Source of the DNA: Octopus sinensis | Lineage: Eukaryota | NCBI RefSeq assembly: GCF_006345805.1 | Contig: NC_042999.1 | Coordinates: forward strand, 57,040,001 to 57,104,000 | Direction: 5' to 3' | DNA length: 64,000 nt | Part shown: piece after piece, positions 1 to 12,531 of the stretch | Layout of the letters: the number at the start of each line of letters is the position of its first letter | How positions within the stretch are numbered: the first letter of the stretch is position 1 | The notes under the pieces: model-generated | Told to the model about the DNA's origin: nothing | The model's input: only the letters and a program-made list of their open reading frames with translations | Databases searched by the model: none | Program-made: the position numbers and the translations under genes

Positions 1-224
1 CACGAGGAAATATTACCTTGTTTGGAAACAGGTGATGGTTGGTGACAGGGAGAGTACCCAATCATAGGAAATCTGTCTCAATAATTTGTCTGTCTTGATC
101 TATGTAACCATGGAAAAGTGGATGTTAAAATCATGATGACAAAGATAATGATGATGATGATAATGATGATGATGATAATGATGATGACGACGACAATGAT
201 AATGATGGTATTGATGATGATGAT
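1..224 (+). mobile_element. 3' part of an RTE-tailed SINE (family D) ending in (GAT)n
   Basis: Starts GGAAATATTACCTTG..GGAAACAGG..GTTGGTGACAGG, then CCATGGAAAAGTGGATGTTAAAA and a (GAT)n tail. The same block recurs near 13.9, 22.35 and 57.9 kb. Confidence 0.7.
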
Positions 225-1169
225 ATCTTTATCTCATTTACCAACATCAGCCACATTGGGTTTCTAACCCCATCTCTCATTTTATCCACCTCTAAATTTA
301 AATCAATCTTATTGTTTAAGTCAACAATTCTTACTTGAATAATGGGAAATTTTAATTTAAATCACTTTATATAGAAAGTTTGTATCATAGAAGCAGGGGT
401 GGTCTTGGATGGGTGTTCAGTTTAATCCTACTACCTAATTTGGGGGTACCTGATGATAGAATTAAACTGGGCAATGGATTAAGAAACCTATAGTGTTACT
501 GTATGCAGAACAGATCTCCAATCTGAGAATAACTTTTCTCCTGCCACCCACCCATCTTAGAGTCCTTACATAAACCCATGAATATTATTTTCCTTATCTT
601 ACAAAGCCATGGAAATAAAAACCTCATCCCTATTAAATACAGTGTTAGCCGTGAGTTATAAACAATCACTTCTCTTTATACCTCTTTAAGACTCTCTCTC
701 TCTCTCTCCCTCTCTCTCCTCATAAATCATTATTGTGGCTTTTGCTTATAACCTTTGCAACCTTTTACTTTTGCTTATAACCCTTTGCAAGCCTTGACCA
801 AAGTAATGTTGTTTGTCTTTGACATGAATAAAACCTTTTAGCTTCGCATGAATATTTTCTGGCAAATTGTCTAGATAAAGCATTTACTGAGCCAACAAAA
901 TCTCTCAGTCTGCTGGAAATATTAGTTAAATTTCCTCAAATAACACCCTACAATCTTAAAAACAATAGACCACATTAGATAGTGCGGTCCAAGATAATCT
1001 TAAAAGGACATGATGAATGAAGCTGAAATGCTTTTGATTTTTAATCTGTTCTCTCAAGATTTACCAGGAGATTAAAACAAGAGATCGTCCCTAAAAACAC
1101 ACTGGACTAACTTAGACCTCTTTTAATAATTAATACTATCCTATAGCCTATCTAACCTGAGAAAGTATC

Positions 1170-1975
1170 CAGAAAAACAGGAGAAATGCCAGAAATGTTA
1201 AGAGGAGATATGAATATCAACAACTTTAGATATGCAGGAGATACTGCCTCATTAACTTTCAACAGAGATGACCTACAGAACCTTACAACTATAGTACAGG
1301 ACAAAGGAATGCTTTGTGGGGTGGAAATAAATGTAAAGAAAAGTAAATCAGTGGTAATCAGTAAGAAACAAAGAAAGCTACTAAAAATACATATTACAAT
1401 TGAAAGAAAGCCAGATGAACAGAAACAACAAAGAACAATATATCTGGGATACTCGGAGAAAATGGGAAATGTGGAATAGATATCAAAAGAAAGATTGAGA
1501 TAGTTTGGAAATCATTTGGAAAAAAAATGTTCAACATACAAGCATCAAGAAATATTAATATTGAATACAGAAAAAACATTCTTAGAATGTTATGTATGAT
1601 CCATTCTATCACATGGAGCTGGAAATGGACATTAACAAAAGCATTAACTAATAGATTAGAAGCCTTTGAGACGTGGACTTATCGAAGAATATTGTGAATA
1701 TTATCATGGACAGAACATATAATGAATGATGATGTATCAAGAATGGTAAAAACTAAGAAAATCTTATGAGACACCATCAAAAAGAGAAAACTAAAATATT
1801 TTGGACATGTACTTTGAAAAAATAGTTTACACTGCTAATATAAGGAAAATGAAAATGTAAAGAGGAACACCAAGAATTATGTTAAAAAAAATACAGAACA
1901 GACTTAGAATACAGTAGATGGATAATGACAGCACAAGAAAGACCAAGATTGCAATCCATGGTATTCAACCAGCTG
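1170..1975 (+). pseudogene. Decayed RTE-clade LINE ORF2 fragment (RT to C-terminus)
   Basis: ORF 1186-1479 has NINNFRYAGDT, matching the RTE motif NINNLRYADDT. Downstream broken frames read WTLTK..RLEAFETWTYRRIL, KRKLKYFGHV. Many stops and frameshifts. Confidence 0.75.
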
Positions 1976-2678
1976 TGAGTGGCAGATAGCTAATGAAAAT
2001 GACAATTAACCTTGATTTAATTTAAACTTTGGTCTGAGGCACTAAATTCAGTAATGCTAGGCAGAAGGTATAGTCATCTCCCTCTTCTTTGCTCTATGCC
2101 ACATTGCTCATGGACATTAATTCCAATCCAAGAGCACAGCAAGTCTTTTATTGGAGTTTTCATGGCTGCAGTCTTGGACCAGCTGAAGGGTTTGCCAGCC
2201 CATGTAAAGGATGTTTTTAGGAGACTCCATTGGATGGTCATTGGCTCACAATGAGCCCATCATTCCTTAGCTTTTTGTCCAGTAGAGTGTCCAGAACACC
2301 CTCTTCACCTGGCAAGCCAGGTGGGGAAGCTGGTTTAATCACCAACTACCCAAATATAGCATAGGTACAGGCATGGCTGTATGGTTAAGTTGTTTGCTCT
2401 ATAGCCATATTGCCTTCGGTCCAGTTGTACTGCTTGGAAGTCTATAGTACATGCATGAATGCATGCACATATATGCACACAAATAGATATGTGCTAAAGA
2501 AAACATATTCACATGAAGCAGAAGTGTGGGTGCATGCACCTACATAGAGACACATACTAATTCAGCCACATTTTCCACAGATTGCAAACCCTGGGAACTG
2601 TCTTATCTCAAAATGTCACATCACTTTCTTAGCAACTGACTTGAACTTCATGAAGAACTTAAATAAATTTTTAAGAAA

Positions 2679-2865
2679 GCACACACAAACAAACACATAT
2701 ATGCACACACAGACAAATATATATATATATATATATATATGTATATGTATATATATATGTGTGTGTGTGTGTGTATATATATAGAGAGATAGATAGATAG
2801 ATATAGATACACACACACACACACACATTCACTCACACATACATACGTATGTGTGCATGTGTGTT
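2679..2865. repeat. Compound CA/TA/GT/GATA microsatellite
   Basis: Directly visible simple repeats. Confidence 0.9.
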
Positions 2866-4132
2866 TGCATGAAAGTTGCCATTTCTGTGACTCATATGAG
2901 ACCAGCTAAGTGAAAAACTGCCATCATGTATACATTCTTGGTGAATATTACATCCTACAACTCTATGCTCTGAAAGTAGAAGGGGAAAAAAACCCATTTC
3001 TTATAAAACAGGAAAGGCTCAGCAGCAAAAATAGGAACTGGTAGCAACAATACTGCCTTAAATAAGTACCTATCTGACACATCCGAGCATAGAAAAAGAG
3101 ATGTAAAACCAATAAATTAAGAACGGCCTCTTGACTTCTTTTATATTTATTTGAGTACAAGATACAGCACCTGTGGTCATTGCACTGTTTTTGAGATTGG
3201 CTATGTTAATGCAATGGAATATCTGCAGATTGGTATCTATGAAGGAGGAGTTCAGAAGATAAGTCTTACAAGGGTGAAATGGATTGAGTAAAATTTATAA
3301 ATTATTATCCATGTTAAATTAGTTGTGTAATGATACCTCACTCGCCACTCTAGGTGGGCTCTAGGCATAAGAGCTTCCTAAAAAGGGATACAAAAAAAAA
3401 AAAGCTAAGAACCACTAGCTTAGAGGAACAGAAGCTGTTTTATTAGAGGTAGAAGAAACTGTTCAACTGTAATAAGCTTGTTGTTGTAGTAAGTTGCTGA
3501 GTGAGACTTCAATGCAAATGAAGCTAAATGATATTTTTTAAGAAGTGTTAGACTTATGTGTTGAAGTTTAACAGCAGTAATACTCTCCCAGATATGTAAA
3601 CATTTTCTACACCACATCATGTTAGAACCAAATGGAAATCAACTGAAGTTTTACTTTTGCTTCTCTATTTGTTTTGTTTCATTTTTGGTTTTGTTTGTTA
3701 ATTTTTTTCCCTCTCTTGTAATTAACTGTGTTACTATAATTGCAACAAAAATTGGAATGTTTCCTCATTTGCCCAAAGTGATGAAAACCTTGCTCTCTAA
3801 GGCATTCCAGGAACTTTTACATTTACACCAAATCAACAACACTCAATCATTTTTCTATTAGTAAAAAATGGCTTTGAACTTTGAAAATATTTCCTGACAG
3901 TTATTAACCAATGAAAGGTAGTAGAAGCTCATTTTACAGCTTTACAGCTGCTTTGAAAGTCTGTGGTGTTGAAACAGCTTATAACAAGCATAATTCTAAT
4001 TTCAGTCATACATTTAGAGTCACTATTATATCACTAGATGAGCCACCAGTATACTAACACAACAAGTGCCTATCGTACTACCAGAATAAATACCACCATA
4101 AGTACTACTTCTACCACTAACCACATATAGTA

Positions 4133-4698
4133 TTGGGTTGTCTGGAAAGTTTGTGCCGATTTTTAAAGGAAAGAAAAAGGTTAATAAATACTTGCCATTA
4201 CATTTTTAATCAACCAAATATGAACCATTTTGTTGGAAAATGCATCTCCATCTTTCCTTTAACTTGAAAATACCCTTTTCCTAGAATTGAGGTGGTTTCA
4301 TGGCCAAGAATTCATCGAGGTATCTTTTTACGTCATCCGAGGAATTGAAATTTTTACCTTTAAGACTATTCTGCAGAGACCTGAATAAGTGGAAATCCGA
4401 AGGAACAGTATCTGGTGAATATGGAGGGTGGGATAACACAACCCAGCCAAGCTGCAGCAATTTTTGTCTGGTTCCAAAAGCATCAAGTGCCGAAAATGAA
4501 CTTTCTTAACTTCCATTTTAAAGGGTTACAGAATTAACATGGGTTATAGGAACATAAACCTTCTTCCATGAAAAGATAGCATAAACTGTGCTCTAAATAG
4601 AGGTGTAGTCAAATCCTATTTTATGGACTCGACCATGTTCTAAAATAAGTCGAAATGTAAGCTACTATAAATGGGCACGAACTTTCCGGACAACCCAA
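4133..4698 (-). mobile_element. Internally deleted mariner element (566 bp), copy 1
   Basis: TIRs TTGGGTTGTC(T/C)GGAAAGTT(T/C)GTGCC and TA target duplication (4131-32, 4699-4700). The minus strand encodes MEVKKVHFRHLML fused to KLLQLGWVVLSHPPYSPDTVPSDFHLFRSLQN..NGSYLVD*, containing the mariner YSPDLAPSD motif. Confidence 0.92.
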
Positions 4699-4722
4699 TA
4701 TTATCACTACTACATGTGCATT

Positions 4723-4951
4723 ACCTATTTCTTTATTACCCACAAGGGGCTAAACACAGAGGGGACAAAGAAGGACAGACATAGGTATTAAGTCGATTAC
4801 ATCGACCCCAGTGCGTAACTGGTACTTAATTTATCGACCCCGAAAGGATGAAAGGCAAAGTCGACCTCAGCGGAATTTGAACTCACAACGTAACGCAGAC
4901 GAAATACCGCTAAGCATTTCGCCCGGCGTGCTAACGTTTCTGCCAGCTCGC
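4723..4951 (-). mobile_element. SINE family C, young CpG-rich full copy
   Basis: tRNA-like head GCGAGCTGGCAGAA..GAGTTCAAATTCC (A/B boxes) and body GCCTTTCATCCTTTCGGGGTCGATAAATTAAGTACC. Many older copies are in the window. Confidence 0.85.
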
Positions 4952-5167
4952 TATGATAACCACCATAGTTACAATTGTACTAGTTTAGCTACAACAGCTT
5001 TGATCTACCACATCCATCATCATAATTACAACTATCCCCACATAATACTGCAACCCCCACCACATCACACTAGTCGTCCAAATACTACCAACACGACACA
5101 ACTACTATGGTAACTACCCTCACATCATTGCATCATTACATTCAATATTACTACTTCAAGGAAGACA

Positions 5168-5352
5168 GCAAGTTGGCAGAATTGTTGACACACTGGACAA
5201 AATGCTTAGCAGTATTTTGTCTGTCTTTACACTCTGAGTTCAAATTCCACCAAGGTCGACTTTGCCTTTCATCCTTTCAGAGTTGATAGCACTAGGGTTG
5301 ATGTAATTGGCTTACCTTCTCTCCTGAATTTGTGGCCAAAATTTGAAGCCAA
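5168..5352 (+). mobile_element. SINE family C, degenerate
   Basis: TTGGCAGAATTG..GAGTTCAAATTCC..GCCTTTCATCCTTTC. Confidence 0.75.
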
Positions 5353-6032
5353 TGTTGCTAGTTCAAAGTAGAAAAAAAAAACTGCTTTCTTACAGTTACT
5401 TGATGATGTGTGTGTGTATGTGTGTGCACTTATGTGAATGTGTGTTACAGCTGGTTATTTTCTCCTTCCTATCCTGCAAGCTGCTAGCACAGAAAGTAAC
5501 AGAACTAAATGAATAACAACGATCTTGAATACCCCTTACTTCATATTGTCTTTTAATGGGACAAGCAGTTTAGTAAATGATATCTTACTTTTAAGGACTG
5601 AGTTTTACCACAAACTGTGTAAATCTCTTAGGAACAGACTGTCCCTACAATCTAAACAGTGCCATCATAAAGTACTTTCCTTAGGATCCCATGGGTCTAG
5701 AGACCCTATATAAATCTATGTATGCTGTAGTTGTGTTTATAGGGACCACAGGACAGTGGTTTGCCCAGTGGCCTATAGTACAGTTCAGGTGACACTGATT
5801 CTAAACCCAATGCTATGAAAGAGACTGTATGTTGAGTAATTTCATTGTATAGTGATTGAGTTGAGTTTGTGTCATGTTGGGGATAATTATTCTGAGTATA
5901 AGTAAATTGTCGAATTTCATCATGAATTTTGTTGCGTTTGTTGTTATTTCATTAGCTAGTGTGGTGTGAAGTGATAATTTCATACAATGCGAGGGAGTTG
6001 TGTCATTTCATTGGGTGACAAATTCATTGGGT

Positions 6033-6438
6033 CTCTTTTACTCTTTTACTTGTTTCAGTCATTTGACTGCAGCCATGCTGGAGCACTGCCTTTAGTCGAG
6101 CAAATCGACCCCAGGACTTATTCTTTGTAAGCCTAGTACTTATTCTATCGGTCTCTTTTGCTGAATTGCTAAGCTATGGAGGACATAAACACACCAGCAT
6201 CAGTTGTCAAGCGATATTGGGGGTGAGGGACAAACACAGACACACAAACACACACACATACATATACATATATATGACGGGCTTCTTTTAGTTTCCGTCT
6301 AACAAATCCACTCACTAGGCTTTGGTCGGCCCGAGGCTATAGTAGAAAACACTTACCCAAGGTGCCATGCAATGGTACTGAACCCGGGACCATGTGGTTG
6401 GTAAGCAAGCTACTTACCACACAGCCACTCTTGCACCT
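6033..6438 (-). mobile_element. SINE family A, full length
   Basis: Head AGGTGCAAGAGTGGCTGTGTGGTAAGTAGCTTGC..GGTTCAGT, internal CA/TA microsatellite, tail GACTGAAACAAGTAAAAGAGTAAAAGAG. Confidence 0.9.
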
Positions 6439-6499
6439 ATAGCATAGGTGTATGTCTTTTGTGTGCAGAGAGTGAAATGTTTGGGACTATGTTGATCAG

Positions 6500-7835
6500 A
6501 ACTATAATTTGTCCAGCTTTATGTTCTGAGTTCTAATTCTGCTGAGGCCAACTTTGCCTTTCATCCTCTCAGGGTCAAGAAAATGAGCATGAAATGAGTA
6601 TGAAATGAGTATTGAGGTCGATATTGTTACGGAATCACCGGTCGTCGTCGCCCGTCCCGAACGGCTCACACAAGTTCCGCCACGGAGCCCAAAGAGGCGG
6701 AGAGAGGAGATACAGATAGATACTGCCACAACCTCAACAGCACAGAGATACGGAGGCACAACCCGAGATACAACCCAAAGAGGCAAGGCAACAACTGGCA
6801 ACACTGGCTTATATTCAAACAACAGTTTATACGACAATTACAATTGTTACAACATCAAGATACATCAAAGCATGCACGTGACTACTCAATACATAATACA
6901 ACAGCATTTCAAGAGTACAACTCAAAGCATAATACAACATCATGTAACAATTCAAGAGTACACGTCCCAAGACAACAGTTCTTTAAAGTCTCTTCCTAAA
7001 CATCACAATCAACAAGTCCTTTACTCTTCTTCTTCACAATGTCCTTTATCGACCACATCGACAGAGTCCTTGACTGTTCTTTTCACTGTTCAATACACCG
7101 TGACACATATCAATGCACAAACACATACCTCAATTCCTAATTGAATCTGCCAGTGTCCCATTCCTCTCAATCCTGCCAATTCCTCTGAATACTGCTAATT
7201 CCCCTCTGTGCCGCCAAGCTTTCTCACATCCAACTTGCTCCTAAGAATTCCAACGCTTGCTCCTTAAATCCAAGGTCCGTCTGTCTTCCTCGAGGACCGG
7301 CCAGCGACTGCAAGATCCGTCTGTGTTCTTCGACGACCGCTCAACGACTGCCCTTCTTGACGACCAACTACCAACCGCCAGAACCACACTTCCTTGTCCT
7401 GCCTTTCTTCCACTCCCCTCATCTCCCTCTGTACCGCTCACACCCTCTCTAACTGCCCTGGTCCTTATATCCTATCTATATCGCCTGCTGTCTCTTAGCC
7501 TTTCTATTTGCTCTCTGATCTTACAGCCTATCTCTATTTGCTCTCAGCCCTCACTCTATCGCTATCGCCTGCTGCCTATCACCCTCTCACGACAGCTCTC
7601 AGATCCTTTAATCTGTCTTCCTCTTCACTTCTTCAAGGGGTGCTTAGAATGACCTCCAATTCACCCGAATCTGACAGGACAATGGGTTTATCCTAATGTA
7701 GGTCACTGGGACATACTACACTGGCTAACCCAGGTCACTGGGACATACCACACTAGCTAAGCCCATAACAATATAATCAACTTATCCCCTCCTCCAAAAT
7801 TGCTGGCCCAGTGCCAAAATTTGGAGCCATTATTA
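6500..7835 (+). mobile_element. SINE family C split by a solo LTR (halves ~6500-6624 and 7771-7835)
   Basis: Removing 6625-7770 and one ATAT rejoins GAGGTCG-ATAT-AATCAACTTATCCCC, matching other family C copies. Confidence 0.8.
6625..7770. mobile_element. Solo LTR (1146 bp), probably Gypsy-type
   Basis: Begins TGTTAC and ends ATAACA (TG..CA with a short terminal inverted repeat). 4-bp TSD ATAT at 6621-24 and 7771-74. 32-bp tandem at 7700-7764. No gag/pol sequence. Orientation is probably minus (GATATAAG near 7465) but is not established. Confidence 0.85.
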
Positions 7836-7851
7836 TCCTTATGGATCCAAA

Positions 7852-8068
7852 GTGGCAAGCTGGTAAAATTGCTTGTATGCCAGACAAAATGCTTAGTGGT
7901 ATTTCTACCAGCTTTTTATTGTTCAGAATCCAAATTTTGTGAAGGTCAACTTAGCTTTTCAGCATCAATAAAAAAAATACCTGTTGAACACTGGGGTTGA
8001 TGTAATCAACTCAACCCTTCCATTAAGAATGTTGGCCTTGTTCCAAAATTTGATATCATTGTTATTAT
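7852..8068 (+). mobile_element. SINE family C with (TTA)n tail
   Basis: GGCAAGCTGGTAAAATTG head; tail GGCCTTGTTCCAAAATTTGA..TTATTA. Confidence 0.7.
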
Positions 8069-8625
8069 TATTGAGTGAGAGAGCAGTGCATGCCATCGAA
8101 GTGACACTGGGGTAAAATATACAAAGTCCAGTATACCCATCATGACTATCCGTCTGATAAGGGTACACTAGGCACATGCATCACAACCACATGTGCACGA
8201 CATGGTGATCTTATATGATGATAAACAGTGCATGACCTTGCAGGTGGAGCCAAGTAAGAATTTTCTTCTGGTCGAGTAGCCCATCTACTCAAAAGGTCCC
8301 TGAAAAAGGACTGTTTAAGGATGTTGAACAGAACACCCATGTTTCCAAAGGTGAATTATCCAAACCCCAAAGAATTCCTCAACACATGGCTATGATGTTC
8401 TCCCACTACTTCTGCATATGATCAAAGATGCACATATTATCAGCCACTAAGGGACATGCTCAACCAGTTAGGGTCAAACAACTGACAAGCAAATCTGTGG
8501 TATTGAGCAGAATATTTGCTGTAGCCCATCTTTTATACCAAGACAAAACAATGTACATGATAACACTTCCAATCAGTTAAGTTGAGAAGCCATGAGAGCC
8601 ACTGCCTAGTACTACATCAGGGCAT
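8062..8625 (-). mobile_element. Non-coding interspersed retroposon (family F) with (TAA)n tail, copy 1
   Basis: Colinear reverse-complement match to 16237-16786 over ~550 bp. Flanked by (TTA)n on both sides. Confidence 0.8.
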
Positions 8626-8626
8626 G

Positions 8627-8631
8627 TATTA

Positions 8632-8683
<52 letters not shown>

Positions 8684-8720
8684 CAGCAGCAGCAGCAGCA
8701 TCATCATTATTAACATCATC
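8627..8720. repeat. (TTA)n then (CAG)/(CAT) microsatellite
   Basis: Directly visible. Confidence 0.9.
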
Positions 8721-8729
8721 CTAGTTGGA

Positions 8730-8945
8730 AAAATGGCAGAATTGTTAGTGTATTGGACAAAATGCTTTGTGGTGTTTCTTCCGCTCTTTATGTTCTGAGT
8801 TCAAATTCCACCAAGATCGTCTTTGTCTTCCATCTTTTCAGGGTCAATAAAATAAATATGAACTGAGCACTAGGGTTAATTTAATCACCTCAAACATCTC
8901 TTGCTAAAAATTGCTGGCCTTGTGCCAAAATTTGAAACCATTATT
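8730..8945 (+). mobile_element. SINE family C, degenerate
   Basis: TGGCAGAATTGTTAG..GAGTTCAAATTCC..GGCCTTGTGCCAAAATTTGAAACC. Confidence 0.75.
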
Positions 8946-9269
8946 GATATCATTCTTCATATTTTTGCCTTTAAGACAGAAGAAACAGAGGAAGTACCAG
9001 ACTAAATGCCATTTGGTATTTAGTTTTATGCCAATCCATATCCCATAACCAACAAGAGTCAATAAAATAAAAGTTAGTCTTGTAGTGGAGTTAATTCAGC
9101 TGTCTTTACTCCCGTGCCTGCAAACTCATGGCCTTGTGCAAATGGAATAAACCACTGTCTCTGGTGCTTGGTTAGTGTAACAGCTTTATGGACCAAGTGT
9201 CTTTCAAGTATCCTTTGTCTTATCATGCGACATCAAGTGGTTGAATTTTCAGTCTATCACAACCAACAC

Positions 9270-9625
9270 ACTCATATACACACACACACACGTCTGTACA
9301 CACAGACACACACATATACGTATATGAACGTATGTGTGTATTTGTATACACACACACACATGGTTGTACACACAAACACACACATATACATATATGTACG
9401 CATGTGTGTATTTGTACACTCACACACACACACACACGTATGTACACACAAACACTCACATATACGTATATGTATGCATGTGTGTATTTGTATATACACA
9501 CACACACACGTATGTACACATGTGTGTATTTGTATACACACACACACACATCTATATACTGACATATATGTATTATACATTTACTTACGTAGACACAGAT
9601 ACACAGATATACACACACACACTTA
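9270..9625. repeat. Compound CA/TA/GT minisatellite
   Basis: Repeated (CA)n-TGTGTGTATTTGTATA units; source of the spurious His/Thr/Cys/Val ORFs. Confidence 0.9.
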
Positions 9626-11006
9626 TATGTATATCAGATATATTGCTGTCAGCACAATTCAGTGAAATGTCTCTACATAAACTTAGGCGTGATTACAGCA
9701 GCTGGTTTTGTTTTCTTAAGTGTCCAGAATGATTTGAGGAAGATCACTGATGCAGAGAATAGAGAAGTGGGGCTGGTAACAGATCTCTAAAAGGTATTTG
9801 GGTTGAGGAATCTGGGAATTAGAGCAGCAAACAATAAGCTACGGTTGATTGAAAATAAATAGATATTTGTTATAGGTATAGCTATAAGAAAGGTTGACCT
9901 ATTGTTTAACAGTAAGCTTGATGTGACCAAGTAGACCTTTCTTTGCTAAAAGATATTCCAGCTATGGTAATCACACTATTTGTTTTTTACAAGTATAGCT
10001 TATTCCATACTGTTCTACTCAGTGTCATGTTCCTTTTCTGAGATGGTATCATGTAATTTAAGGACATAATTATTATTGTCATCATTGTTTTCATGTCTAC
10101 TAACATCAGTGATATTGGCATGCAGCTGGCAAGCCCGTGAAACCCTGAAAATAGGGGCTTTATGCTAGTAGATGAAAGTTTAGGTATGTAAGAAGGACAT
10201 GAAACAGAGCAGGTTGTAATTGTAGAGGAGTTACATGGCCCTCACATTTAGAAGTGAGTTAGAAATGAATGATTGATAGTTGCAAAGAGACAAATAGTGG
10301 TGATAAGCTGTCCAGGTGGCACCTCAAGGTATAAGGTAATTAGAAGTGAATGGGGACAGAGAAACTAGGAGTGGGTGGGAGCTTGTAAGAATGTATTGAG
10401 AGAAAAAGACAGGGAAATGGGAGGCAGGAACCCCCTGTAAGAATTGGATAGGGTTGAAGAGTGGAGGCAGTGGGGGAGAGGGGATTACCATTTGTGCCTT
10501 GATTGGGAGGTAATAATAATTTTTGTTATAGGTACAAGGCCTAATTTAAAAAAAAATTTTGTTGGGTGATGGTGGCAATCAATCATATCAGCTCCAGTGC
10601 TCAACTATTACTTTTTTTATCAAACACCTTTTATAAAGGCGGTGCTCCAGCATGGCCACAGTCAAATGACTGAAACAAGTAAAGGAGTAAACCCAAAAGG
10701 ATGTCAGGCAAAATCAACCTTGGTGGCATTTGAACTCAAATGTAAAGAGCTGGAAGAAATACCACTAACCATTTTGTCTGGTACAGTAACAATTCTGCCC
10801 TCTTGCCTCCTTATGATTTCTTATAATAATAGCATCATTCCCAGTATAACACCAACAGTGGGCGTTGTTTATGGTAGCTCTACTTTACTTATAAAATACA
10901 AGATGTGGACAAGGTTTGACTTAAACAGACTGATAAATTTATCAGTTTGCCTAACCCTCAACAAAAATGTTTGTAATGGAACTCAAAACCCCATATTTCT
11001 TTAGTG

Positions 11007-11045
<39 letters not shown>

Positions 11046-11235
11046 GGAGACTTCATGAAGATAAGAAATACTTGCGGAATAGAATAAAAATATAAACGAA
11101 AGAGTAAACATGGGTTTTATGTTACTTCCGATACAAACAAGTCCAAGAGAAATTTGTTGAGATGTTGGTTAGAGCAATTTAGGAATTATAAATTGTTGAC
11201 AGAAGCAACTATGATAAATGATATTTAGCATATAA

Positions 11236-11272
11236 GTGTGTCTGTCTATCTCTCTCTCTCTCTTTCTCTCTG

Positions 11273-11312
<40 letters not shown>

Positions 11313-11387
11313 CATATATATATATGTATATACATATATACATACACACATATATATATACATATCTATATACATATATATATGTAT

Positions 11388-11433
<46 letters not shown>

Positions 11434-11440
11434 ATATGAC
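11236..11440. repeat. Compound CT/TA/CA microsatellite
   Basis: Directly visible; a separate (GT)n lies near 11007-11042. Confidence 0.9.
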
Positions 11441-12176
11441 ACAACTCTGTATACCTTCATACAGAAGCATACATAAATGCAGACAGATGAATGTTATACT
11501 GCAAAAGCAAATTAAATCGAGAGCAAATCTGTTACTTCAAACATGCTAAAACATACACGAGCTAGACTTAATCTAAATTCTGTAGAAAAAAAAAAAAAAT
11601 AAAATAGAAAAAATGTAATAAAAAAATAGAAATTTTAAAAAATGAGGAAATTCATGTAATGTGAAATGGTAAACAAGTAGAATGCTGTTGAAATGAGAAG
11701 AATGAGAGTTTAAAATATGAGATAAACTTAACAAGATGAGATGTGAAGAGAGCAAAGAAAGCAACATTCAGTTGCCAACAGAAACTAGATTAATTGGAAA
11801 AGTACTTAGTTCTACGACTAAAAGACTATGGTTTTGGTAATTTGTGCATTAGCATCTCTCTCTCTTGTTTTCTATTTTTAGAACAGCATTTCAAAAGTTG
11901 AGGGTTTGGATCTTTATAGGATTCTATGGTCTACAATAAGAAAGAAAATCTTATTGGTGAATTTATTGAAAAGAAAAATCAAACGGAGATGAAGGAGAAT
12001 AAAAGAGCAAGGAATCTGAGTGAAATTATGGTCAAGGACACATACATAACTAAATGGTTAAAAAGTTCACTTCACAATCAAATGGTTCCAGAATTAATCC
12101 CAGTGTGAGACAACTTAGGTAAGTATTGACCCAGTAAGCATGGAAAACTGGATATTTAAATATTGATGAATTCTCT

Positions 12177-12515
12177 CATGGCTCAGTGGTTAGAGCGTCG
12201 AGCTTACGATCGTGAGGTTGTGAGCTCGAATCCCGGACGGGGGTGCATGTTGTGTTCTTGAGCAAGGCACTTTATTTCACGTTGCTCCAGTTCACTCAGC
12301 TGTAGAAATGAGTTGCGACGTCACAGGTGCCAAGCTGTATCGGCCCTTGCCTTTCCCTTGGACAACATCGGTGACGTGGAGAGGGGAGGCCGGTATGCAT
12401 GGGCGACTGCTGGTCTTCCATAAAACAACCTTGCCCAGACTTGTGCCTCAGAGGGTATCTCTCTAGGTGCAAACCCATGGTCAGTGCCTGACCGAAGGGG
12501 GTCTTTACCCTTTAC
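12177..12515 (+). mobile_element. SINE family B, young full copy
   Basis: tRNA-like head TGGCTCAGTGGTTAGAGCG..CTCGAATCCC and body TGTGTTCTTGAGCAAGGCACTTTATTTC. Homologous copy at ~56660-56985. Confidence 0.85.
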
Positions 12516-12531
12516 TTCAGCAAGTGCCTAT

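Noticed and set aside
450-487. CTGATGA...GAAAC as a third hammerhead
   Set aside because: No stem II or stem I pairing can be drawn.
2050-2300. 66-aa ORF as a gene
   Set aside because: No motif; the opposite strand has only a faint PKNILY resemblance to an RTE relic, too weak to call either way.
6605-7652. 179-aa and 131-aa ORFs as gag or a host gene
   Set aside because: They lie within, or cross the edge of, the solo LTR; composition is low-complexity with no recognisable motifs.
11558-11580. Minus-strand 23-nt micro-exon after a strong polypyrimidine/AG site
   Set aside because: Poly-A/T tracts generate such signals by chance and no partner exons are identifiable.
12177-12250. tRNA gene calls at SINE heads (also family A and C heads)
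   Set aside because: A/B boxes are present but there is no complete cloverleaf or acceptor stem, and each continues into a SINE body.
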